A stretch of DNA of 56,422 bases, the filler included, from Sphacelaria rigidula (Eukaryota), in the NCBI GenBank assembly GCA_964200075.2. It is 4 parts of 4 records of this genome, joined end to end, with 100 filler letters (N's around TTAATTAATTAA, not from the genome) between each part and the next. Parts side by side here need not be neighbours in the genome. Positions count along the whole stretch, not along the records: positions 14,132 to 28,162 come from CAXNAA020002497.1; positions 28,263 to 42,293 come from CAXNAA020002498.1; 2 more parts are not named here. One strand, given 5' to 3'. Made by a program: the position numbers and the translations under genes. Shown here one piece after another: positions 24,301-34,700 of this stretch. The notes beneath the pieces are model-generated. The model worked only from the letters and a program-made list of their open reading frames with translations, ran no database searches and was not told where the DNA came from. Every line of letters begins with the position of its first letter. Position 1 is the stretch's first letter.

Positions 24301-25284
24301 GGGACATGCTAGAGGGGGAAATGCGGGACTTTCTAGAGGAGGAAATGCGAGACGTGGACGAAGGTGGCATGAAACCGTTTGATACATTGAACATTAGCGA
24401 GAAAATGGTGGCTATACTAGGAGATGGATGGTGGCCACAGACGGCGAAAGAGGACAGGAGTAATACATGTAGAAGGTTACTGTGTAGTGTGTGGGAAAAA
24501 ATGTAATATGCAACAAAATGTTGGAGGTTCCTCTGTTAGGAGCAGGAACGGTGCTTCGTCTCGAAAGGAATGCTTGGTCAATCCTCAAACGACTAAGGCG
24601 AACAACAAATGCGTACGCCCGCCCATTGTACAGAGTGGAAGAAGAGTTCGGATGCTTCGTAATATTGAATTGTGGAGATCAAAACCAAACAAGGTGTTTT
24701 CGCTTATCCTACCCATACGGCTTGTGGCGCACGAATGGTCGTTCTTGTTATTCCAAGCGTGCCTGCAGATGTCTAGGCTCTCACGTCGGAGGTACGTGGT
24801 GCACAGTTTACGTGTCCACACGGGGTAGTTTTATCAGATGAGCGAATATAATATGATGGTCTACGGAGGTATCGTTATCGTTAGACATCAGTGGCAATAG
24901 CCGTGGGCGAGAGATTCGCGGTGCCCCTACCGACCGGCGTAACCCGCCCCCCCCCACCCGTTCCATGCTCCGTCTCGAAAGGGATGCGTGGTCAATGTTC
25001 AAACGACGAAGGCAAGCAACAAATGAGTACGCCCCTCTCCCCCCTCCCCCCCCCCCACCCGGGATGTGTCACGTCCCTCCGTCACAGGGATTGCATGGGC
25101 TAAGGCATGGCGAGGACCCGAGCACATCTATTTCGGGCACGATGCCAAACGAGGTTTCCAAAAGGAGGCGTTTGCTACTGGTTTGGATACCGGGTGTGTT
25201 TACGGCCGATCGTTGACCGCCGCGATTTTGCCATCGGGGAGAATTGTTTGTGTTCCGGCGGAGTCTGAGTGGGCGCCTACATGA
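18331..25284 (+). CDS. ApaH-like phosphatase (ALPH / Ppn2 / symmetrical bis(5'-nucleosyl)-tetraphosphatase-like metallophosphoesterase), complete, about 339 aa. Exons 18331-18618, 19201-19341, 19587-19792, 20086-20273, 25088-25284
   Basis: GT-AG junctions join in frame (phases 0,0,2,1). All PPP/ApaH motifs occur in order: [39 protein letters not shown]. An alternative start is ATG 18382. Confidence 0.93.
22190..24624 (+). mobile_element. Decayed 5'-truncated LINE (reverse transcriptase plus C-terminal CCHC relic) in phosphatase intron 4
   Basis: [89 protein letters not shown]; many stops and frameshifts. The clade (RTE/RTEX-like) is an inference. Confidence 0.93.
24961..25047 (+). mobile_element. 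3'-terminal LINE fragment with oligo(C) tail and 14-bp TSD
   Basis: Matches the LINE end at 24551-24624. Flanked by C9-ACCCG at 24947-24960 and 25048-25061. Confidence 0.88.
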
Positions 25285-26406
25285 CCACGGCATGGGGCAG
25301 GGGTTCATGGCCATGCGGGGAGACACTCGGAGGGAGCGGGCGCCATTTTGTTTTTTATCGTGTTTTGCGCAGTCGGAAGACCAATTTTGTGACCTTGAGA
25401 TGCTGGGATTCGTTTGGCTCCTTTTCCCGTGTAAAGTAAAACAAGTAAAGCTGTACTGAAGGCCAGCTCGTTCAGATGTTCATTCATCATCGGAGGTCTC
25501 ATTCGGTGCGTTCATCAAGACGCCGTTGGGTACAGTTTCTCGTCCCAAGCTGCCACCCGTTGGGTGTGGCCTTACAGCGGCCGTTTGAAACAAGTGTGAA
25601 CTCGTCAGTCAAAGTGTATGTCGCCTGTACACAAGTAAAGCAGCAAGGGCTTCCGGCATTCATTCCGTGTTCTCGTCCAACCAATATTAAACGCTAACCT
25701 TGAAGAGGGGTACACCGCCGATTGGACGGCAATAAAGGACTCACCAGACATGACCACCAGCACCGACAGCGGGCGTGCGGTGCGCTCTCACAATTTTCCG
25801 AAGCCATTTACTACACAAGCTTGGTGGGTAGTCCGTGCATAGAGCGCTCTTCTGTTGGCTGGCCCACGGTGGCTGTTTGCTTCCAAGAAGGGTTTCCTTG
25901 TTTCACAAAAATTAAAGCCAACAATAGCATGGGTCCCGTGACTGTGCGGACTCCCGTAACATCAAAATCACCACCACGATGGTGCGCAATATTTTACATA
26001 GCCCGTCCGGGTTCGCCGCAGCAACCAGAAAAACCGACCCCTGCCGCAGCTCAAGTTTCACAAGCACCGGTGGGTAATTAACTGCGCCAACAGCTTGCGC
26101 TTGCGGGAACCCCTGCCGTGGGCATTTTAAATCCTATGGCCACACCACGTCCCAAGTCGAGTACTTGAACCATGCTGTCTGTCTATGACGGTATCATTGC
26201 TGCCAAAAGAGTGATTGAAAGGCAACGCCGAGTGAGTGTAGCCGATCCCACAGAGGCGGGGTCATCTCACATCCTTGATCTTCGTGGCACAATCGATGAC
26301 ACCCACCTGCGCGCGTTCAAAACGTCTCAAGCATTGAAATAATTTTTATACAAAAAAATCCTCGTCAGTAATGTTCACCCTAACTCTTTGCCGATTCACA
26401 AGATTC

Positions 26407-26579
26407 CACACCCTGGACAATATATGGTCAAGAGATTCAATAGACGATAAGTGTACTTGCACGTTAAGTATGGGCCTATTGCAACTATTGCCGGCCGACA
26501 ATAGCCGCAATAGGTCTATACTCTATGCAGTACTTTTCTTGTCTATTGCAACTGTTGACCATATATTGTCCAAGGTGTG
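26407..26579. mobile_element. MITE with 25-bp TIRs and 8-bp TSD (hAT/P-like)
   Basis: TIR CACACC(C/T)TGGACAATATATGGTCAA at both ends; TSD CAAGATTC at 26399-26406 and 26580-26587. Confidence 0.9.
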
Positions 26580-26739
26580 CAAGATTCTCAAACTCTGAAA
26601 AGGTCGGACGAATCCTCACTGGTTCGCACCACCAAATCCACGATTTCAGACGCCTGATTTTTTGAGAGCAAGACAAAAAACGACCGCAAGTTTCAAAAAC
26701 TCTCTACACTATTTCTTTCTGCGCTTTGCTTGCGTTGAA

Positions 26740-26951
26740 TTTTGATTACTTTTCTTTTGTCACGACTTAGTCTGCCATGTCGTTCTGTTCGACCCCCCCC
26801 TTTTTTTTTTCCTGTTACTTTTTTTTTCCTTCTTCTTTTCCTTAGAGCGTGTATGACTTCCGTTTTTCTTGAGTACGTCTATTATGAGACCACAGCTGGA
26901 CCCTTGGGGGGTCAGTTAAAGTGCGACAATCAATCAAATCAATCAATCAAT
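26740..26951 (+). mobile_element. 3' end of a non-LTR retroelement with (CAAT)n tail
   Basis: GTCAGTTAAAGTGCGACAATCAATC...; a reverse-oriented copy lies at 33383-33560. Confidence 0.65.
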
Positions 26952-27984
26952 ATGTAAGTTTTGCGCTGTTCAACGTCCCTGGGGTGTAACGCTGAAACCA
27001 CAGCCCAAGGGTTGATTCGTACTGCACAGATCGACCGCATGAACAAAAAAAGAAGTAATTTTAAGGTACTTTCATTGCTCGTCGGACTCTTGCAAGCTTC
27101 AGAACTCCGTGAACTTATCGGGTCGGAAATCACGTCAGCGATCAAGTAGTTGTTGCAGTGAAAGACCGGAACGTGATCGACTGGAGAGCAGAAGGAAAGC
27201 ACACCCCGTTCCGCTGAATAGTTATCATGATTCCCGAACGTGGACTACTCCGGCACCGGCGGCCGCTCCCATCCCCCTCTAGGCGGTCGTTGAGCATCAG
27301 CCACAAAAAAAAAACAAGAAGCAGAGCAGCAATTGAAGAAATCTCATGAGCCCAAGTGCCTGCACGACGCACGAGCGTGTCTAAGTCGATCCAACAAACG
27401 CGTCAACCCAAAAAGGAAAAATAATAATAACACGCATAAATATGGATGCAACCCTCCGCATGACAACCAACCGCACCCCAATATCTGAGCAGCCGTCCTT
27501 GCAAGTCTTGATATCATTGTGGAACCCATCCCATCGCTGTTTGAAATGCTAACACCTGCAGCGACTAGTATGCCCGACACAACGTCACAAGAAGTGGTCG
27601 ACAAGAGGACCAGACCAAGGCACGTAGACGGGAAATCACTCATCGCAATCCAGCGCAAACCATAGTCAATTCCCTGGTGGAGACAAAAATCCGCCTTAAC
27701 ACATATCTCAGTACGCACTCAAACCACGCAGAATAATGGTAGCAGATAAAGTCCGGCGGGCGAACAGCCACCAACCAGCAACCTGCCTTGCTCCATTACA
27801 TGTCCACATCGATCTGCGCGTGAAACCACAAAGCATCGCCAATAAGACAGTTGAACAGGAACGGTCCGGCATCAAAACGCGTTATAGTTGAGAAAACAAG
27901 CCAAGTGTCGTTTCGGGAACTCCTTAACGTGAACGCGACGGGATTTCGACCCTCACGTTCGACACTGTGTCGTTTGTCCTCTGA

Positions 27985-28068
27985 GGGGGGGGGGGGAGGG
28001 GCGTAATCATTATTTTCTTGCTTCAACTCATTTGACAATTGACCACGCATCCCTTTCGAGGCAAAGCG
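27985..28068 (-). mobile_element. Diverged 3' fragment of the oligo(C)-tailed LINE
   Basis: Reverse complement reads CTCGAAAGGGATGCGTGGTCAAT...AAGCAAGAAAATAATGATTACG followed by a C-run; another long C-run lies just upstream. Confidence 0.75.
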
Positions 28069-28162
28069 ATAGACGCGGTGGGCGGGGGGGGGGGGGGGGG
28101 GGGTACCGGGAAGTAAAGCAACGGGACCCCGTGTACCCTGAAACTTTACAAACCCAGAGTAA

Positions 28163-28262
28163 NNNNNNNNNNNNNNNNNNNNNNNNNNNNNNNNNNNNNN
28201 NNNNNNTTAATTAATTAANNNNNNNNNNNNNNNNNNNNNNNNNNNNNNNNNNNNNNNNNNNN
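28163..28262. other. Artificial contig linker
   Basis: N44-TTAATTAATTAA-N44. Confidence 0.98.
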
Positions 28263-28277
28263 CCTATCGTAGGATGA

Positions 28278-28278
<1 letters not shown>

Positions 28279-28332
<54 letters not shown>
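28279..28332. repeat. (CA)n microsatellite
   Basis: Seen directly. Others at 31692-31736 (CA), 30131-30188 (AGCAGT), 39403-39442 (GTT/GTC), 49144-49164 (TA) and 51793-51870 (TG). Confidence 0.95.
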
Positions 28333-28357
28333 AGGGCGACGTTGGTTGGGCATCCAG

Positions 28358-28462
28358 AAGAGCTTCTGTGTTGGTCTTCCTCCTGTGTGAGTCCGGCTGA
28401 TGCGCCCACATATGCCGAAAGGTATAGACTGTCGGTCAGAATAGACGGGATGACAACACAAC
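28358..28462 (+). mobile_element. 3' part of the tRNA-derived SINE
   Basis: TTCCTCCTGTGTGAGTCCGGCTGATGCGCCCACATATGCCGAAAGGTATAGAC...ACAACACA matches the SINE tails at 38580-38680 and 40630-40738. Confidence 0.8.
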
Positions 28463-28767
28463 GGCATATGGAGTAGGAGAGGGTTTTATGTTTACAGCAA
28501 GGCAGGACTCTAACAGGTTGTTCAATGAATCGAAAATGAAGGCGATTTAATTTCCAATGAATGCTATATATTGACATGCTGACTTGCAGTATCGTCATTT
28601 TCTATCCGATTTTCCGACGTGTCTGGCTCATCTATTCACCACTCTTGATGATTCATCCAAGTCCTCGCGTTCTGTGATGATCGTACACAATGCTATATCT
28701 AAACCGAAGTTGCCACTGCAAGTAGGTACATGGTATGCAGTACACTTAACATAGCAACAGAGGAGAT

Positions 28768-29020
28768 CACACTCCTGGACAACAAATGACACTGTCAGAA
28801 GGTGTACTGCCTACAGCATGGAATTTGTTGTCCATTGCAATAGACGCAATAGTCGATACTGTACGCAGTACACTTTGACAATGTAATGTAGTGTCATTGA
28901 CACCGTCAAAAGGTGTACTGCCTACAGCATGGAATTTGTTGTCCGTTGCAATAGACGCAATAGTCGATACTGTACGCAGTACACTTTGACAATGTAATGT
29001 AATGTCATTGTCCAGGGTGT
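28768..29020. mobile_element. MITE related to 26407-26579, with an internal 111-bp tandem duplication
   Basis: Ends CACACTCCTGGACAA / TTGTCCAGGGTGT; repeat units 28788-28898 and 28899-29009. Confidence 0.75.
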
Positions 29021-29253
29021 AAAACAGATGAAACGTGAATCTGTCAAGGAATCACAACATCACATATTACGTACTCGTCTTCTTTCCGGCATTTGTTTTC
29101 GGAAGTCGATATGACAATAGGGAAACACAACTTCTCTGTCGTTTTTTGTGAGAAAGCCCTGCTCGACCAAAAAGCACCGCCAGCGTTCAACAGTATCTAA
29201 CCCACCCCTTTTGATACTATTGGGAAAATAATTCACTATCGTGTTATCGTCAG

Positions 29254-31688
29254 GTTGGCATAATGGAGGTGGACAGCGAGCACATGCGGAAACGTCTCAT
29301 GCCGAGTCCCGTACAGTGCCTGAACGCCATCAAGGTACTGTTTGTTTACTATAAAGCCCAAAAGAAGTAAAAAAGAGAGGGAAATGCGCTTGTCTTTTAA
29401 TGTCTTGCCTTGGCTTGATATATCGAAAGTAACAAAAAAATCAATAGCATCAGCAGCAGCAGCAACAACGATAACAACCGTAGTAGCAGCGGCAACAAAC
29501 GCAACTTTTTTTCAACCTATTTTATGGAGCAAGCCTGGTCGGTTTTTCATACCTCAAAGCTAACCACCGCGGGGTTTGTCCATTCGAATCCGTGTACACG
29601 TACCTTTGCGTCGTTTTTGATATTATTTTTGGAACTTGGCTTGTTCGCGGATGCAAATGGAATACATATCCTGAGTATACTACTATGTATTAGCTGGTCA
29701 CACCCGCATGGCACGTATTGCTTTCAACAATACTGGAATTACCTGTTAGAATACAATAATGGGAAGAAAGTTTGTGTTTGCGTACATCACCGAAGGCGGT
29801 TGCTTGGTTACAGAGCAAGGTATTCGTGAGATGACGAACCGTTCATTTTTAAGGACAAAGAGGCCCCGATTCACGCTGACGCACGTAGTGCACCCAATAG
29901 CACCCCGACAAGATTGATGTCGTAGAGTGGCTCAAACGAAGGCTGTGACTCACAATCTCAACCCTGAACTTGCACTAGCCCAATCTATTCATTTGTGGGA
30001 CCGTCAGTTTATGTAATTAAGATTCGTATACATACAGATAGCATCAATTGGATATTCAACTGTTGCTTGCTAATAGGACTTTTTCCCCATGTTTGTTCTA
30101 GATTGCTTCTGGGAGGGAGGAGGAAACAATAGCAGTAGCAGTAGCAGTAGCAGTAGCAGTAGCAGTAGCAGTAGCAGTAGCAGTAGCATTAAAACTAGCA
30201 CAAGTAGCATTCTTGTCGTGGTCATGGTCGTCGGTATCACGTGCCTTCATTGTTTTTATTCATGTTCTCGTTGTTGTGCTTGCTCTGCTTCCTATTTCAT
30301 TTCATCACGTTCGCTGGTATCAAAGTAGCTAGAACATGTATTCATTTTTGCAATTACTTTCGCCGTCATTGTTTACTAGTAGAGGTATCTCAAACTGGGC
30401 TCCCGGTATCCTGGTTTGTTTTTCTTCTATTTTTTCAAGTGAAAGTGATGGCGATTCATCAGATGATGAGACCCTTCGACCGCCAGGTCAGGTCCTCCTA
30501 TGAATCGCGTTCACTTTCACTTGAAAAAATATTACGCAACTCAGAGCCAGCGAATAAACCAGGATACCGGGAGCCGAGTTTGAGATACCATTGGTAAAGA
30601 TAACGTTATTTTATCACTATTTTACCAGTATAATTATTACTACTCACGGCTAGCGATTCCCCTGAGTGACAAGACCGCTTGTTTGATTCCACAGGAACTG
30701 TTGCCGGAGCTGTTGGAGGCGGGGAGCGGAGCCCTGCTGGACGAACTCGATGCAATGATTCCTCACATCTCGGGGGGCAGTGCCAATGTCGAAGACTTTG
30801 TTGCCAAGAAGAAAGCGGTCATAGCTGCGCATCAGGATAACCCCCGACACGTCGAGGTGTGTTTGTTGTGTGTGCGTGTTCATGAGGTGTGCACGTATTA
30901 GATATTTTGATGTGGGTCGCGTGACTCCTGCGGTAATGGCGGGTGCTGTTGTGTTCAAAGCTGGAGCCATGAATAATCACCATAACACCGTGGAAGGTTT
31001 GGCTGCGTTGTCGGAATCAGGCCCGCATACGGCAGAGAATATCACCATCGATGGGCACAATGTCCTGGATGTAGTCTGCTCCCAACAAAATGTTCTGCTC
31101 ACTCTAGATCAATTACACCACTGAACGTAGAACCCTCCCTGTTCCAGTATAGATCACTTGTGGTGTCAATATTCGTGTGCAAGTACACAGTATCGCTGGT
31201 GTCGCATGGTACATATGGAATCAACACAGAACTCGCGTAGTTGCGATCTTGACTGGTGGTGTATGGAGCAAGAGAGCTAGCGGGTGTCACTGCAGCCCCG
31301 GCGAAAAGCTGCAAAAGCAAATAAAGAACCGAGCAGCGATAGAAATCTGATGCCTATCAAACATGGGGAGTATATTATAGTTTTCGAGACGCCGAACGAT
31401 AGGTGCACTTGCTGCGTTTGTGTTACACGAAGCAACACACACGGGGATGATGCCCTACTGGCAGCCCGGGTGTTGACCGAAGATCCGATTAGTTTGGACC
31501 ACGTGGTGCCACTACGCTGCTATCACAATGTAAAAGGGGCAAGAGAACGATAGCGTTCCTGAGGGAGAACACAGAACGTTTGTTTCCATCAAAGGGTGAA
31601 GATCTGACGCGTTTCCATGGACTCTGAGCCCATTAGGAACTCGATGGTAAGTATTTCATGACCACTATGGAGAAAAATATCGAAAAGA

Positions 31689-31739
<51 letters not shown>

Positions 31740-34700
31740 GCAAATGCCCACGCTGAACAGGGCTCCGGCCACTCCAACTCGGGCAGTTACAGAGCTACGC
31801 TTCCGCAGAGTCTAAAGTCATTGCCGCAAGTACTTCATTGCACGTTGATTTATTTTACGTATACTCATGCTTCTGATCCCGAGTTCACAGTCGGTGCGGA
31901 GGAAAATTACTCCGGGGTTGGCCCCGGCTGTGAGAAAGCAGGTTGTACCCCTATTGTTAGACAGGCCGTTACACGTCTACTGAGCGTGAGGCACACGGAT
32001 AGCTGTGTGGAGATCACACTGCCTCTACCTCCCATGTTTTCACCATCAATGACTCACGCCAGCACTCAGTGCACGGCGCCCTTGCTTGTACAGACGTTCA
32101 CCAAACTATTTGGAGCAGAAGTGTTATCACGGCGACGTACGCACAGGAAATAGGAATCATTTTGCTCACCGCACCCGTGTAAAAGTATAGCCCGTCTGTT
32201 TACTGGGCTGCTGGTTTCTGTTCAGTGCCCTCTGAAACGGTTTGGTGTATTTGATTCACGTGGATGATGACCTGATCTGTTGTTCGCTTGGAATCGTTGG
32301 AGTAGATTTATACTTGAAATCGTCTGTGCTCCTCATTTAGCCAGTGCCTTACCCAGTGAACGTGCGATTGTGTCAGTCGCCTAACCGTGCATGATGACAC
32401 GCAGGCTCGACAGAGACTGCGAGACATGGCCGAACTGATGAAAGGATACGGCTGGAGGGTGCCAGAGGCTCAACGAGCTCATCTCATCATGGTGGAGGAG
32501 AATATGACAGTGCTGGAAAACGGCGTACAGGTAAGTGCTCCGTACTTTGCTCGCGAGAGTGGACCCCTACAGTGTATAGCGGCGGGCGGAAAACTCTTTA
32601 CTAAAGGAAGGGGGCATCGGTTTGTTGCGTAGCCCCACGCACTCGTCATTCGGATATCTTTTACGTGGGTGAAAAACGCTGTCAAGCGGTGCGGTGCATG
32701 GATCTGTTTTTCACTGCGCGCACCAAGGCATCAAAGTGAATATTCGTTTGGCTTTGGGCATCCCCCCCCTCCTCCCCCCCCCTCCCACGCCATCGAGCTA
32801 CTCTGAAAAAATTCAGAAGACTTTCCTGTTTGCTGGGCAAGCAATATCGTCCTCGTGCAGTTAACTGGTGTACTTCCATTGCAATGCACTGCACCGTGCT
32901 TCACTGTGCCGCAATAATTGTTACAGTGTATGAGCTGTCGACATCTGTCCATTGTTGATTGATTCATTCGGTTGGTTGATAACCAACTTGACTGTACTGT
33001 AATAACAGGAATACTTCAGTCGATATTGAGGGATATCACCGACGACGAGCTTGCTCAGTGCTCGGGCGCATTGATTGGTCGAAATATGAAATCTGAGCTG
33101 AGAGAATGGAATCTCTTCGATCAGACCGAATAATCAGACCGAATAAATACACGACGCTTATCGAAGATTGGGGGAAACAGGAAAATGTTGTCCTAGAGAA
33201 TGAGCGGTGTTTGTAAATCGTTTCTCTATGCGAATAGATCGTTAAGCAAAACGCGAAATTTAGGAAGGCAATGCAGTGAGACCGACATACTTGATATGGC
33301 ACCGATCGAAAAGAAAGTTATACATTCACCTCTCTGCATTGCCAGCCGCGGGAGGTTTTAGAATTTTCCCTTTTGCGTGATATGATTGATTTTGACTGAT
33401 TGATTGTCGCACTTTAACTGACTTCCCAGACATCCAGTCGTGGTCATTATCCACATGATAGACGTTCCCAAAACAAGACAAAACCGAAACATTCGCTCAA
33501 GAAAAAGAAAGGAACAGGAAAAAGTCGAACAGAACGAACGACACAGTAGAGTAAGATGTAAAATAACGAAAATGGCGGTTTTTGCATTTTGCCTTTGTCC
33601 GTAATGTACCAGGTGGCAGAATCGATGGAAGAGGAGGAGACCAGACGCTTTGCGGAGGCTATTCGAGAAGAGGCAAGTTCTTGACTAACCCTGGCTGAAC
33701 TGTGGCATTCACCACACTTTGTTGCGTGGTTTTGGAATGCGAAGATATAACGTGTCGGCACGTTTTGAGCCTAAAAATGTTGAAGTTGGAGTCGACTTAC
33801 TACTGAAACGCTTTGCCGTATTACTCTGTCGTGGTTTACAGTTTTTTGTTCTTTTCTTGATTTTTTTCGTGCTTTATGGTGTCGAGCCCAGCATGTTACG
33901 CTACAGAAAAAGGTAAATGTCTCCAGAACGAGAGACAAAGCAGGTACTCACACGCCTATAGTTGTGTCAGTCTATTTAGCCACATGAGTGCAAAGCCCGG
34001 ATGGGGAGCGGTGCCCTCTTCCATGACTCAAACGTCTTTTTTTGTTCGTAGCTATGTAGCCGCCCTCAGCTTTCAGTACCATCGGTGTGCGAACAAGGTA
34101 CCACGAAGACACAAGAACAGTCCATAGCAGTGGCTAACAATATGCCATGTCATCTCCGGAAAAGGGACAGTGTAGTGGCCAAGAAAGGGGGAAAAAAAAA
34201 CAAGGAGTTCAAATACATGTCCCGCGTATTGGAACATGATCGATGTTGACCAGATTCCGAAACTGGCGAAGAAAATCGCGCAAGTGCGAGAGAGACTCGA
34301 CACCAGCCTAGTGGCAAGCTTGGACGCCCCGGCCGAAAAAGTGCTGCAGTTCCTGGGTCAAGAAGAGGAAAAGCTTGACCAGCATCGAGAGCGGGCTAAC
34401 AAACTCATGGACTATCAGGTGTTCAGTGCATCCTATGTTACTGTCAGTCAGGAAATAGAACACGGAAACTATTTTTTCTGTCGGGTTTGGAACAAGGTGG
34501 GTACATACCGACCGACCTGTTGGGAAATAACAAACGAACATACAGGTAGGCTCGTGAGGGGGTCATACAAGAAATATTTACAATGTAACGCCGCTTTGGT
34601 CACGGAGTACCAAGTGGAGTCTCACGTGAAGTGTTCCGCGAATAACCCAGAACAAGAGCAAGGTTTGATCCGACCCCCCGTCATGGAGGGGTGGCGAGAG

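Noticed and set aside
23401-24387. 328-aa minus-strand ORF
   Set aside because: Antisense shadow of the purine-rich LINE; no protein motifs.
28788-29009. CRISPR-like or satellite array
   Set aside because: Only two 111-bp units with no spacers, inside a MITE, in eukaryotic DNA.
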